In this document: positions 36,651 through 52,173 of the stretch, piece after piece | How positions within the stretch are numbered: position 1 is the first letter of the stretch | Layout: every line of letters begins with the position of its first letter | Assembly (NCBI RefSeq): GCF_001194135.2 | Contig: NC_068981.1 | Span: 150,242,086-150,306,085 of the forward strand | Source: Octopus bimaculoides | Lineage: Eukaryota | Length of the DNA stretch: 64,000 bases | Reading direction: 5' to 3' | The notes under the pieces: model-generated | Seen by the model: the letters and a program-made list of their open reading frames with translations, nothing else | Database searches by the model: none | Told to the model about the DNA's origin: nothing | Program-made: the position numbers and the translations under genes

Positions 36651-38763
36651 GTATATACATATACGCGTCCATATATATGTATATTTGCATATATATATGT
36701 TCATATATTTATATATATTTATATATTTATACATACTTGTTTTTGTGCGTGTATGATATATGTATATATAATTGATGGTTCTTGCTAATACACCGATAGA
36801 AGTGTAGGATTACCAAATTAGAGTCCGCGGTTGCCGTGTCATCTGTTGTAGACATTTTGATTGTTTGCCTTGACAAGCACAAAATCCGTTAGGATAAATT
36901 GCCTAAGTCACTTGGTTAAGACCCCATTCATCTATATACTTTGGTCAAATACTCAAATTTCAAAGATATTTTCTTTATTCATCTCTTCCTGTGTTTACTG
37001 CTATAGTTATGTATCAGAAGAAACGTAACCCACTACAAACTTCCAATCAATGTTTCCCTCCAGACAGTATAAACGTTTTCACAAGCTAATTTTTGTCTCT
37101 TGTAAGTACTCATCTAAATTATATCAAAATGACTGAGTTGTAGCCTAACCATCAACAATGAGGTATAAACTGCTGATGAGACGAATCAGCGTTTTGATTT
37201 TGACTTATTTTTTAAAAAGTTAATTCAGGAAATGGTTAACTTCAGAATTTCACATTCACTTAGACAATGAATAGTTGTAACATCAGGATAACTATTACTC
37301 TAGTGAACCCTCGGCAAATTAGAAGCTTATGCCGTAACATGTATGCGGTTATTAGTAAGAATTTCCATAACATTAAATCACTTGAAATGGCAAAAACATT
37401 AAAACGAACATCATATACAGGAAGAACTATAGAAGCAGCACTAGATCTGTTCTCTTCCAATTTCGATTATAAAATATTACTTAGCTTAGTTAAATTCGTT
37501 TATTGATACTATAAAAGTTTTTGTTTTTTTTCTTGAAAAGCTAAAATTCTTTTTTTATGAATAGATGTTCTGTTTCAAATTTAGATATAACCATTTTTAA
37601 AGTTGGGATGAAATTCGACTGCTATTTCTAAGAAGCCTTTGAAAGTTACCTGACTTTCATTAAATTTTTTCTTCCTTTTTGCGCTTGGAGTAGGACAATA
37701 TATTCGTGGACCGAACATTGACTTTATTCGCAGGGGTTTCATTTACGTTGTTTAGGCATTTTAAAAGGAATTTAAGTTAAGTTTACATATTTTCCTGTCT
37801 ACTTTGACAAATCTTGGAATCTTTAAAAATCAACATACATTATTGTTTATTTTCATTTCAGCTCTAATAGAACATGCCCATGATAAACTATTTTCCAACT
37901 ATGACAATTCCGCTATTTTAATTCACATATAGCGTATGTAGAACGATACAATGCTATATATCGTTCCTATTCTCAAGATGGTAATGTATCATTTGAAAGA
38001 GATTTAGTTGCTAACACATTGATTACATCTTTCTGGATTCGCTTCAAATTTGTTGATTGTCTTCGCTAAAGCAATATCTATTAATCCAGATGTAATAACT
38101 ATATCTTAAAAACTACTCTTTCTATACAGTAGCTGAATGACTTTTATATCTAGATGTAGTACAGTTTGAGATGAAGAGACGAAAACAAATAATTTTGCAC
38201 TTTTTTAAGTAATGCGTATCACAGATTTATGTCTATGAAGAAACCTGATGTTGTGACATTCATTGTCTTTAATGAGTATTAATAATATATTTCAAAGAAG
38301 ACAGCCGAGAATTGAGTTCCTCAATAAAGGCGCCTCATTTTTTCTATAAATGTTCATGCAAATCATTTTATTATATTTCCAACACAACAATTAAGTTACA
38401 AGTATGATAAAATAACATCTTGAGAAAATCACGTTGTGCCAAAACATAAATTGACAACAATTGCAATTGTATACATTACGAAATTGCCATACTTACTAAC
38501 TTCGATTGATTGGGCTTCACTGCGGTTACTTGAGCAGCTAGAAATAGAATAGTAATCTTACTCAATTCACAGCAAACCGTGTAAAGTAAAGGAAGAAGTA
38601 AGTATTCAAGTATGTAATCTCGGTCATACATTCAGAAGACGATATGATGCCGTTAATGATCTGACACACTGGGAAAAGGCAGACTATATCTCAATTTATT
38701 AATAGCTGATCATGACTCGTCCTGTTGAGTTGAATTATTGTGTATATCGATTACATACATACA

Positions 38764-38835
<72 letters not shown>

Positions 38836-39269
38836 TTTAAAGGGGCATATTATCCAGGCGGATATTGTGGTAGCTCACAGTTATAGTTCCAGGATACGGC
38901 TAACCCCATCAATTAATATATAACGTCTATGGCTCCTAGTTATCATTCATGCTATAAATTCCGTCGATTGGAAATTCCATGTTCATTTCACTGGATGGTA
39001 ATATTTTCTGGAGTGTATATTTGTAACAATTATCACGATAGATAATATGTAGACTGGTACATGTTATGGTTACGATTACTTACACGTGGAAACACGTATA
39101 GGTGTTATAGCCCCCAAAATATGCAGTATGACATTTTGAAATAATAGGAAATCAATTTTGAGGATGTTCTTGTCTCCATATTTTCGATTGTTATAATTGC
39201 TTATATTTATATGTGTGTGTGTGAGTAGGTGTGTGTGGAAAGAGAGAGAGGATTAGAGATACACACATA

Positions 39270-39319
<50 letters not shown>

Positions 39320-39779
39320 AGTGTGCGAGCGTGCATATTATCAATGATGGCTGGTTAATTCTCCAGTTCTGCTTTATGTTGTAGCGAAAAAGGATCAGAG
39401 AGGGAGTAAAAGAGAGACACGAGAGCGTTAACATAAGAAGCTTCGTGGCAAGCGATTCTAAACTTTGTCGTTTGTAAACATTCTCAGATATCTACTCTAT
39501 CATTTACTCATTCTTTTCTTCATTTTCTTCCTCCTCTCTCTCCCTATCTTTCTTTCTCTCACATTGACTTTTTGCACTCTCTCCCCACTTTTCTCTTTCT
39601 GTCTGTCTCTCTCCCTTTCTCTCGAACAGTCTTTTACTCCTTGCTTGCCACAAAGCCTAGTACGGGCACTCATCCTTCGCCGTTTAAGATACGTATCACT
39701 GAATCAGTCATTTACTCTCGTCTCCTACCGTACTCTGTATGCGATGTAAATCGTGTCTGGAGAAATTAACCAAACATTT

Positions 39780-39931
39780 ATATCTGCTACCATATATATA
39801 TATATGTGTGTATGTGTGTATGTGTGTATGCGTGTATGTGTGTGTGTGTGTGTGTGTGTGCAATGCATGTATGTATGCGTGTCTGTACGTACGTATGTAT
39901 GTATGTATGTATGTATGTATGTGTGTGTATG

Positions 39932-39965
<34 letters not shown>

Positions 39966-40125
39966 TGCATGCATGCATATATGTATGTATGCATGTATGT
40001 ATGCATGCATGTATGCATGTATGCATGTATGTATGTATGTGTGTGTGTATGTTGTATGTATGTATGTATGTATGTATATATGTATGTATGCATGCATGTA
40101 TGTATGTATGTATGCATGCATGTAT
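39780..40125. repeat. Long compound (TG)/(TATG)/(TGCA) alternating purine-pyrimidine tract
   Basis: Directly visible; source of the MYVC/HTYI ORFs. Confidence 0.9.
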
Positions 40126-41432
40126 GTCAACATTGCTAATTCACTTGGCACACCTCAACGTTGTAACGAGCCATTGCTAGATGTAAAACTGAGGAGTGTT
40201 TCTTTACTTTGCAGTTTAAGGTAACAACTTTCTCGTGAATGTTCCTTTCTTGTGCTACTTGCACATAAATAACAACATAACAATTACTCCAAGTGATTAA
40301 AGGACTTAGATTTTTTTTATAAAATACAATGGTATTACTTAGAAATTAATTTTTCGAAGACTGGGCAAATTTATTGCGTAATTGAAATTTACTAACGAGT
40401 TAAATACAATTAATAAATTACGAAGTAGTAATGAGAGTGATGTTTTGCAAATAATTGCAATTTCCTAATTGTATCTTTAGCAGACAAGTCTCTTTAGCAT
40501 ACGAAAGCAAACTCTTCTAATAGAGATTTAAATTCAAAAATTTTATAAATTAATATTATAATAAATTAGGAGGAAAATTTAAATGTATTTTGAGCCTAAT
40601 AATACCCCCAAAATATAAATAAACGTTGTTTATATTACTGACAACGTCAAATAGGAAATATGAGCATCATTACTTCATATTTTGCCTTATTTGTATTACT
40701 TTTATTAATGCAATCTTAATTCAAGTGAAGTGTTTCTGATATAAAATTCGCAATAAAGCTATTATAAACGGAAAATGTCTCATCTTATTTTTGTATTATT
40801 TTTGAATGTGTTTTTTTATTATTTTCGATATTATTAATTCACTTATATAGAAACAAACATTTTCTCTGAATTCTATACATTACTCACGCTAAACATATGT
40901 GTCACACACAAAAGAGACTAAGTTCGTTAAATTAATTGTCGAATTTTATTGCTTATATAAAATGCGTTCTATATAATGACTGATGAGTCTGCATATATTT
41001 GCTACTGGTATTAATGATTAAATATAATTAAGAAGCAAACAGTACGCTTACTGCTAACATTGATGGCTATTCTTTCTTAATTCGTTTTGATTTATTTGAA
41101 AATGGCTGATTTTTGTTTTTCAATATAAGAAGCAGATAAACGTGAAAGTGAATATATATATATGTAATGATATCAGAATATCGAGTGAGAAAAAGAAAGG
41201 GTTGGGAGAGAACTAAATCCACACTAAGAATCTGCCTCTTTCTTATTCATAGAATTAATTATTTATTTATTCATTTTATACTGCAGTTTCTTGAGAGTAT
41301 CGTCGCTACTGGTGACACATGTAGACTGATTCATTGCATATTTAATGGTGATGTTCACAAACTAGTGACTAACTCGGTCAATATCCACAAAGTGTCGTTT
41401 TGCAGAAAGACACATACACACAAAATATACAT

Positions 41433-41517
<85 letters not shown>

Positions 41518-41619
41518 TGCATATATATGTTTATATGTGTGTGTGTGTGTGTGTGTGCGCGAGTGTGTATGTGTATGTCTGTGTATCTGTGTAAGTGTAT
41601 GTGTGTGTTTCTATTTTTC

Positions 41620-41970
41620 TTCTCTTTTACTTGTTTCATTCCTTAGACTGCGGCCACGTTGGAGCACCACCTTGAAGGATTTTAGTCAAATTAATTGACA
41701 CGAGTACTTACTCTTTTTAAACCTGATACTTATTCTATCAGACCCTTTCAACGAACCGCTAAGTTACAGGAACGAAAACACACCAACGCTGGTTATCAAG
41801 CGGTGGTGGGAAACAAAGGCACACACATGTGCGCGCACGTACAGACACACACGCGCGCACACACACACAGACACGCACGCACACACACAAACACACATAC
41901 ATACACACTCACAAAGCTACAGTAGAAGACACGTGCCCAATGTATCATGCAGTGGAATTGAAACGGGGAT
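41620..41970 (-). mobile_element. SINE family C copy with expanded internal (CA) tract
   Basis: cttttacttgtttca..gactgcggccacgttggagcaccacc..gaaccgctaagttac..caagcggtggtgg..[CA]..gtagaagacacgtgcccaa..gcagtggaattgaaacgggg. Confidence 0.8.
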
Positions 41971-42535
41971 CCTATAGATACAACAATGTGACGCATCCGC
42001 TTATGAAAAGAATGAAAATTATAATTAAGATTTATCATAAAACCCAACATTCGCTAAATTATTTGTTTCTATATGATTATGTGAGAGTTCATGTAGATTT
42101 GTTTAAATTCGATTATTGTCTGTTCGCCTTCCAAAGAAATATTACGGTGAAATGAATATTGCATTCATCTTCTTATTCTGTAATAAGCAATTCTGTAGCA
42201 AATTCTTCTAGGTGATGAATGCAATATTTTAATCAATGATTTATTCAAGTTATGTAAACCAATTGATCGATAATATCATATTAGTAAAACGTTTAGTATT
42301 CGTACAACACTAGAATTTCCATTGATAAAATATTACGTCGATATTAATGATGATACTATCTCTATTGCTACGTAACACACATACACACACATGTATATAT
42401 GCATGTATGTATGTATGTATGTATGTATGTATGTATGTATGTATGTATGGATGTGTGTGTGTGTGTATGTATATATATATATATATGCGCGTACTCACAT
42501 ACTCACACACACACACACACACATATATATGTATA

Positions 42536-42752
42536 CGAGAGGGTGCTTAAAAGTCCCTGGTTTTAAGGGTATCATGAAAGGCCTGGTTGGAAGCCCGACC
42601 TTCCGAGTTGTTTTACAGAGCTTAGAAAAACTGAAGGACTGCTGCAATAGGTGTGTGAATTGGAGAGGGGAATATGTTGGATAAAATCATAATTAACTGA
42701 TCCTCCTGTATTTTCTGTTTACCCAAATCTAGAAACATTTCAGCACCCCTTT
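42536..42752 (+). mobile_element. Mariner-derived MITE (~215 bp)
   Basis: ta|cgagagggtgcttaaaagtccctgg at the left and ..tagaaacatttcagcaccccttt|ta at the right (degenerate TIR). The interior encodes the transposase C-terminus QSLEKLKDCCNRCVNWRGEYVG*. Confidence 0.75.
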
Positions 42753-45700
42753 TATATATGTGTGTGTGTGTGTGCGTGTGTGTGTGGTGGGGTGCATGCG
42801 TGCGTGTATATATGTATGTATGTTCGTATGTATCTATATATGTATAATCGAGTCGAGATGCATATTTCTAGTTATGGGATATAACCGGTCGGAAAGTTAC
42901 CGACGGGTTCGCACTTTGCATTGAACTTTACAATATTCGCGACTGTAAAAAATGGATTAAAACGAAAAAGGAGGAAATTGTAACATCTTCCGGAATGGAA
43001 CGAGAAGATACTTTCCATAATCTGATGTGAACTGTGGCCGATGGGGGTTAACAGTGCCTGCATACATGTTTCTCATTATCTAGTTCTGTAATGGAGTCGA
43101 CCACGTTGCCAAAATGAATTTTCTATCATGAGGGCATTGAATTAAAGTTTATTGCAAAGTTTATTGCAAAGTTTATTCACTTGTTATTTACACACCATAC
43201 TGAGGTAACCCACAGCCTAACAAATGTTGCCCAACTTCACTGCTGGAATGTGCACCTCGTCTTGAAAATTATTGGTCTATAGTGAGTATTTCCAATGAGT
43301 TCTTAGAAGCTCTCTCGACGACGGATATAGTTTTATCTGCACCATATACTAGCTATGTTTCGACAACTTTGTTAATAAAATACGCATTAAAATCTGGAGG
43401 TAAGTTTTATATATTAGGAATGAAAGCATTTTCTGAACGCATCTATAGTTATGTGATTAAGAATTTCGATTTGCACCAGCATGGTTTTCTTTCTTGGGCA
43501 AATATTTAATATAGCAACCTTAAGAAGTCTTATGTCTTGCGAATAAAATTAGATAGATGGAAATATTTAACGTCACCACTTTAGTGGATCCACTTTTAAA
43601 AAACATTCAGACTTGATGTTTTGTAGCAATTCTTCCAACAACATCAAGCAATTAATGATATTCCACCACACATATACACACATGTTTTCGAGATCCTGGA
43701 CAAAGATTATAGATCTACCTCTTCGCGAATGATATCACAGAAATAAGAATAAACTATTACGTAATTCATTACTTTCTCTACAGCATTTGACGTGTGAGAG
43801 ACAAAATATTTCCCATGTCGAATTTCGAACTATTTCAAAAACCTGGCTTGCTGTAATATCCCTCTAGTCTATATCAGGTATGTCTACTTTTGAAGTTATT
43901 ATACTAAGATTCGGATAGAATAATGCAGCGATATTCTTTATTTGATAAGTTCATTGACGAATATTAATGAGTAGATAATGAAATTTTCCTCTTTCTTTTC
44001 TCTGCGCCCAATTACATGACATACATAATTGCGCCTGAGATAATCATATTTGAAATCCAGAGAGCGATAATGAAAACTTCGTTATATTTAGAGAAGCAGA
44101 TGAAATTTAATTATTATGATCCACATTATTTGTAATAAATTAACGCTTAGGTATATTAACTTTAAGTTTATGCTAGGCTATAACAGTATCACAAACAAAG
44201 ATAATGCTTCCGGCGAAAAATATATAATTATAACTGGTTAACATGCATAGAAGAATATTTTAGGAATATTTATTATCGTTAATTCAATATATGCTGGATT
44301 CTAGTTTGTTTCTCTTTGATGAAATAGATGTTGTTATCGTTGCTGAAACCCATGTTAACATTGAATCAAGTACGCGTATAATCAAAGGCATTCAAGCCAT
44401 TACTATCCATTTGTTTAGAAGTATCGAGGTCTATTCATGTAGAAATATGTGGTTGATATATCTAGAAGACTGAGTGACTACTTAAAGATTCCTGTGGGTG
44501 CGATATATTGACGTCAGGCCAACCGCTCACATCTTTTAACCGAAACTTAGCATTTTCTCAGTCGAAGGAAAACCATAAATTTCCACTTAATGACAAACAT
44601 TAAAAAGGGTACCCGTTGCGATTTTAATTCCCGGTTGAATGTATTTCATTTCACCTACAGCCTTACTGCTTTCGAAAAAGCATGAACAACACATTTCTGT
44701 TTGTTTTCATATAAAATATAGAAGGCTTATGTAAGTTTATTAAAACAAAAAAAATCAAACAACTATACATGTTTATCGGATATATATGTAAGGTGCCTGG
44801 TCCTAGGCGCACAACCGTACACTTCTAGGGGTAATAACACTTGTAGAGGGATTAGGTCATGATCAAATTTAGTACCAAATGCATTAAAGCAATGACCATC
44901 ATATTTCCTTTCAGAAAACTCAGGACATCATTTGATTTGATAAAGATTTACTGCGATTTCTCGTCGGGTGCATGTGGATATTCTTTCATTTACTAATTGA
45001 TACTTTGTGTGTGATGACTTCCTCCATTACTTCATTTGTTTACTTCTTATTTTTGTGTTGTGGCTTTTGCTCAACAAACGCATATACAAATCATACACTT
45101 ATTTATTTTTCTATGAATGTTCAGAAAAGCAAAAAGGAAAAGAGACAAAAGTATATTTTTGTTTCTAGGATTTCATTCCAGTGATTCTAAATCAGGGATT
45201 TGAGTTGTTTGTTATTTTATTGTCTTTTAGAAATCTTGCTTTTTTATTTTTTTCGTATTTGATAATTATCACTTTGAATATTTCTACGTCGTCATTTCAC
45301 TTACCATTCGTGGTCAGGAACGCATATTCTGCTTCTTTTTTTGCAGCTGTTGCTTATAACCAAGTCTGCGTTGATTTATCAATCTTATGTCTAAAGGCTT
45401 TCAAACCATTATGGTCATGTATATTTGTATATGTAGAACAACATTGAGAAATTCATCCTTCAGATGTGACTTGAAGGACATTTGGTTGCTAGTTCTAACA
45501 GGACGAAATATCACGTAGATATTTCCTTGTTGCTTTTGTATGGTTTTCATATCATTACCTATTAATAATGAAAGCAATTCAATCATAAATATATTTGCTA
45601 AACTTCAATGCCTTCGGAAATATCTTAAGAGAAAAAAGATGTCATTCAGAAGTTTTGTAGTATTTATTTTATCCCTTTACGTTCCGATTTTAAATCCTAC

Positions 45701-47011
45701 GAAGATTAACTTTGCAATTCATAATTAACAGATCAATTAAATAAAGTACCTGCCACCTACTGTATCGATTTACTCGATTATATCTCTCATCGAAAATTTT
45801 GTAACATATTTATTTGCTTTGAAACAAAAACAAACAACGTCATGGGAATAAATGAGCTCCGCCAAAATATCTTCCTGAAAACGCTCATGATAAGGCCAGT
45901 ACTCAGTATAGTAGAGCGAGAGAAATAGAAATAAATAATTGGGACTTCACAATTCCCTAATTTTTTTACAGAGCTTCCCAAAGATAAATAGTAACATCAA
46001 TCCCTATTGAACGTTAATTAATAGAAACAAAATAAAGAAACTACATAACGTAAAGCATGAAAACCGGTCCTATGTTGATTGTAACGTCTTCAATCTCCTC
46101 AGGCTATACACAGAAGAGGGGAGAATATATAATAATATAATGATTCACTAACAAGAATTGTCCTAAAATATTTCTGCATTGATTTACTTTTCGTTTATGG
46201 TGAGAATAGTAATAGTAGTAGTGGAGGTGGCGGCCGCGATAGCTGTGGTGGTGGTTGTAGGGAAATTCAATCACAGATATTGCTAGCGGGGCTGGAAAAT
46301 AATTCATTTTAATTAAAAATATATAAAATAACAAGAAATGTGATTGAAATAATGATGGTATTCCTTTAATGATATTATTAATAGTAAATGTCTTAATTGA
46401 TAGCTTTAGTGCAAGTTTCGTGAGAAAATCCATTCTGTTTTCGTAGTAAGGATTCTTTACAGAATTAACGCTAGAAGGGATCAGATGTCTGCAATACATG
46501 GACAGAATATCTCGTTAGGTGTGCTGACGATATATATATATGTGTGTGTGTGTGTGTGCGTGTGTGTGTGTGTATGCGTGTGTGTGTGTGTGTGTGTGTG
46601 TGTGAATATTTCTGTGTGTGTGCGTACGTGTGAGTATGTGTACGTGTGCGTCTGTGTGTGTGTGCTCACACAATTATAACTCAAAGGTATGATACCATGT
46701 TATGATAAAAAAATTAAATACAATGGTTTGTTACATACTTGCGATTGCTGCATTCTTACAAGTTCTTCAGATGTACGTATGTATGTGTGTGTGCGTGCGT
46801 GTTTGTGCACGTGTGAGTGTATGTAAGTATATATGTGTATGTATATAATATATATATGTACACACACACACATATATATATATCTGTATCGAAATGTATG
46901 TATGCATGTAGTATATATATATATATATATACAAGTCACTCGAACATGTAGACTATTTTATGTTCACTTTCTTTTCAAAAAAACTTATGTATCTATCTAC
47001 ATATATAGATG

Positions 47012-47086
<75 letters not shown>

Positions 47087-47192
47087 GCGGAGGGACGGAT
47101 AGACAGACAGGAAGGGAGGCAGACAGACAGACGGACGGACAGACAGACAGACAGACAGAAGACAGATAGATAGACAGACAGACAGACAGACA
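47012..47192. repeat. (GATA)n followed by (GACA)n mosaic
   Basis: Directly visible. Confidence 0.95.
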
Positions 47193-48315
47193 GTGAGAAG
47201 GATAAAGGAAAGGAAGAATGAGAAAGAGACAGAAATGAGAGAAAGAGATTTAAGTGTGTATTTGCATATAATATTTTATTTTGCTATGAAAAACGGTATG
47301 TGAATATTGCAATGAAATTCTCTTCTTTATTACGACTATTGCTGAAAAGCCAACAAATTGTCATCCACTTCCTTTGCTGAAAATTCAGGCTAATGTAAAG
47401 AAAGTCGTGTCGTATTTCCCTATTGTAGATAGTTTTACAATGTAGCTACTATATATTCATATATGGTTAGATAGAGTGATATATAGTTGGCGTCGATTGG
47501 TATTTTCCATTTATTGTGTATTTAAGTCTGAGGTCTAACACCTTTTATAAAATCAATAACTACTCTTATAACCTTAATAACAATTAGATAAAAATATTCA
47601 TCTGAGGAACTAGCCGCCATAATGCAAGACGGCTAGTAAGTTGAAATGTCGACATATCTCACTTGAAGCATTCTTCATATTTCAACAGAAAAATATTTGC
47701 TTTAACCAAATGAAGCCTAACAGCAATTAAATGAAGGATTTCAGAGGAATTATTCGACATCATGTCATAAATTATTTAGGCAGTGAATATAAACTATTAT
47801 TTTATTGACGCCACTGAAATATCTGTAATGATATAAACAGCAAGAAAAAACGAGTCCTATCACCAGCAGCTGTTTCATTAAGGAACCAAATTTCTAATCT
47901 TAATGACTCAATTTGATTTTCAGTTCTACGCCATTTGCTGGTCCAGTAGTTACAATATAACAGTAGAAATTGGATCACTGTATAAGTGATAATTATTTTG
48001 TTTAAACAGATGCAAATTGATTTTTGTATTATTCAAGAATATGAACAATCTGCTCGTATGCAAGGATATAGATAATTTGTATTTAAGCATCAAAAAAAGA
48101 ATCTACATAATAACAAACTAATGAGGCGTACTATTCACAAGTTACAAACCATCTGACGAAGCCATCACTACAACATAAATAATGGTACTTCAGTATCTTA
48201 AAGCTAAATGCTATAATCTGCATACCCGATATGGATTGAAATTTCTTGCCTTAAGTCATTGGGACTTGGATAATTTTCTAGAAACTTCAATGAGAAATTT
48301 GAAGAAATGAGCATT

Positions 48316-48354
<39 letters not shown>

Positions 48355-48366
48355 CTGGCACACACG

Positions 48367-48398
<32 letters not shown>

Positions 48399-48631
48399 TA
48401 ATTTAATACGCACTATATTCAATGGGTACTACTATAATTTCCTGATCGCATAGTACAGTGATCAGACGGGATTGTATAGGGAGCCGTGTACTACTATCCT
48501 GAAATCACTCAGACGGTGTACATTTTAACAATAACGGAACAGTACAATATATATATATATATATATATATTTTGTCACTGATACTTAGCACAAATAACAC
48601 GATACAATCTAACCTACACTCTAACAAGGAC

Positions 48632-48670
<39 letters not shown>

Positions 48671-49652
48671 ATATATTTCAGGAAATTGTCCTTAAGCCAA
48701 ACAACAATAAGATATTGGTCAAATCAAGACTATGGTTGAAAACCAATTGCTCATGGTGCTGCGTAACAGGATCGATCCGATTCTATACGGAATTTCGTTT
48801 ACCTATACAGCCATGCCGGCGTTCATGTATATCACATTCATCTGCTTTTAGTCTACCAGAAAGTTTGTCCCAGCTTTAATAATATTAACAATAAACTGGA
48901 TGTTTCTCCTCTGATAATATATTTCGGTAGATTTTCTCCAATACGTTCTTAATATAATGTAAAGAAACCAACCAATAAATTTCGCATTCCTTTTGATTAT
49001 CTTCTTTCAGCTTATTACATAGATACGTATTCTTTTCATATATGCTGCATCTGAACTGCACAAACATTAGCTGGAACAGGTTGATAGAAACAAGGTCTGA
49101 ATGCCGAAATATGCTATTTACGTGCCAATGTAAAAGTTGATGTCTTTCTTCAGTGACGTATATATCCAGTTATCTATTAGAATGTATGTGAAGCCATATT
49201 TAGACTGTAGTATGTGAATTACATTTTTTTCTTGCTAACGTCAGATAAAGCAAGTGGTAGTTGTTGTGCATATAACTGCATATGTATATATCAGTAACAT
49301 TGATTTCTCATTAGTAAAATGCAAACATGACTTGCTTTCAAGAAAAGTATTAAATGAAGGAATTAATTTCAATCTTTCTAATTAATAACATGCTTATTAT
49401 CTTATTACCTTAGATTACTTTCAATAGATCTTCACATATTAGAAATCGAAGAAAAACTTAACTAGTAATATTGTTTCTAGCATACTTGATGTAATATGAA
49501 AGAAGTTGTAAAATGACATTCGTTGTGACGATACAAAAATCATTATCTCATTCATTAATTTTTATAAAAAAAAGACCAAAGACAACCCCAAAATTTAAAC
49601 TGAGACAACTCTAAACATATTTCGATCGTATTTTATTTCATTAGCGAAGTAT

Positions 49653-50035
49653 AGGTGCAGGTGTGGCCTTGTGGTAAGAAGTTTACTTGCCAACCACATT
49701 GTTCCAGGTTCAGTCCCACAGCGTAGAGCTTTGGGAAAGTGTCTTCTACTATGGCTTCGCCCCGACCAAATCCTTGTCAGCAGATCTGGTACACAAAACT
49801 GAAAGAAACCCGTCGAATGGGTGTGTGTGTGTGTTTCTGTGTGTCTTTGCTTGTGTCCCATCACCGTTTGATAACCGGTGTTGATATGTTTACATCTGCA
49901 TAACCTAGCGGTTTGGTAGAATAAATGTCAGGCATAAAAAATATAAGTACTGAGGTCGATTCGTTCGACTAAAATTCACAGTGGCGCCTCAGCGTGACCA
50001 CAATCTCATGGTTGCAACAAGTAGAACATAAAAGA
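49653..50035 (+). mobile_element. SINE family C, full-length diverged copy
   Basis: ggtgtggcc.tgtggtaagaagtttacttgccaaccaca..gttccaggttcagtcccac..gggaaagtgtcttctactat..aactgaaagaaacccgtcg..gaggtcgattcgttcgactaaa; colinear with 60704-61105. Confidence 0.85.
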
Positions 50036-50418
50036 AGACAACCGCTTTAGTCAAATCTTAAAATGATTAGAGAAAATAAAGGAGTTTAGTAAATGAACTT
50101 TGAGTGGCGAGATGACATAAGATGAACAAATCATTACGGCTAATGAGACCACTCCAAATAAAAACAAAAATTCTAATACGAATGGCAAATAGCTAAAGCC
50201 AAAAACATAAGAGCAACATAAGCCTACCACTTTTTGATTATACAAGTATGAAATAATTCGAAATACTAACAAACCAATCGAGAAACGAACACTGACATAC
50301 ATTGCATTTTCGTATTATTGATTATAACTTCCTCAATTTTACGTTCAATAAAAATTATAATGATAACAAGGGCAAAGAGTAATTGCAGCAATGATAACCA
50401 CAGATATCTTCACTCCAC

Positions 50419-50668
50419 CAGCGGTTCTCAAAGGCGATTCCATGGTCCATGGGGGTTCATATAAGTCTTTTTTTTTATTTGTTAAAATCTATGTGCAATA
50501 AACTGGTTATATTTCTACAATACACAAAATATACATACAATTCCTAATAACATTTAATTATTAAAAAATACAATAGGTATCTTTTAAACATCGAATGACT
50601 ATTGAGGTCCAGTAGAGTAAAATTGGTATCAAAGAGGTCTATCAGTAAAAAATGTTTGAGAACCACTT
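50419..50668. mobile_element. hAT/Charlie-like MITE (~250 bp)
   Basis: TIRs CAGCGGTTCTCAA and TTGAGAACCACT(T). The flanking 8-mers cactccac and ccttacac match at 5/8, consistent with a decayed 8-bp TSD. Confidence 0.6.
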
Positions 50669-51411
50669 CCTTACACTGTCGCTTACTCTTGTTTACTCTG
50701 TTAAAAATAGCAGCCAAATCGTCCTTAAATCACATCTTACTACCTTAGATCACAACCTACAAAGAACTTTTTCCTCCGAATATATTAGCTAAAATGATTT
50801 TGGATAATAAATATATGAGTGAGAAGAAAAAGAGTAGGATCGTCTCGACTAGAATACATTTTGAATACTAAGTGACTTGATAAGAGGTAACCTAGTTTTA
50901 ACAAGGATAACAACAACAACAACATCAACAAAAGTAATAATAACACCAGCTGCAACATTAATATCGACAAATATATAAGCACTAAAGTACGCCTCGATTG
51001 ATTATTAGTCTTTCGAATTATTTTAAACTGCCATAATCAATACTTTAAAAAATAAGGTTAATTCGATGACATTTGTGAAGTTATCGATAAAAGGAAAAAA
51101 TCTTATCGCTAACAACATATGACACTAATTACAAACTTGAAGTTATCGTCAGTATTACGTACTCTTAGTTTTGTATTACTCATATATGCACGGTGTATGT
51201 AAGTTTGCATACTGAGGGGAAGAGAAAGAGTATGTCATAGAGGGAGAGAGAGAAAGAAAAAAAGAAAAGAAGAGAGCAGCATATCTATTTACGCTATTTC
51301 AACTTCGAGGTGATGTTCTTCAAAATGAATGTACCATATAAAATGATTTAGAAAAAAAATAATGGAATAGAGCAAAATATTCACGTTCAGAGTTAAAGAT
51401 TTCATCGACTG

Positions 51412-51446
<35 letters not shown>

Positions 51447-51755
51447 TATATATTTATATATGATATGCATATATTTATATGTATATATGAATACATGTAT
51501 AAATATTATATATATATACATATACATATACACACACACACATACATACATACATATATATATATAGATATATATAGATATATATATATACATATACACA
51601 TACAAACAGGCAAATTCACATGAGTAGTTCATTAATAAAACAGTGAGAGAGGTATAGTTTTGCAGTTCGTTAAAATAGTTGACATTTATCGGAACGGTTA
51701 CACGCCTCTTAATAGATATCATCGAAATTATATCCGTGTATACATATATGCACAC

Positions 51756-51803
<48 letters not shown>

Positions 51804-52131
51804 NNNNNNNNNNNNNNNNNNNNNNNNNNNNNNNNNNNNNNNNNNNNNNNNNNNNNNNNNNNNNNNNNNNNNNNNNNNNNNNNNNNNNNNNNNNNNNNNN
51901 NNNNNNNNNNNNNNACAAAATGGCACATGGTTAGTAAAGAGAGGCACAAAAAAGAAAGAACAAAACAAAGGACCACTGATGATGTCACAGAAATGTGACT
52001 TAGGAACACTGGCCTAAATACAATTTATATAAAATAAAGTTGAATCAAGTGAACACCAAATATATAGTGCATGTGTTTTCATTGGCTAAACTGGCAACAT
52101 GACCATCCTCACATGCAACAATATATATACA

Positions 52132-52173
<42 letters not shown>

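Noticed and set aside
37171-37195. Other CTGATGA occurrences (near 37172, 40980, 58180) as hammerheads
   Set aside because: No stem II followed by GAAA, so the core is incomplete.
44509-44516. Perfect CRE palindrome TGACGTCA
   Set aside because: A single 8-mer is near chance expectation in 64 kb, and there is no promoter context.
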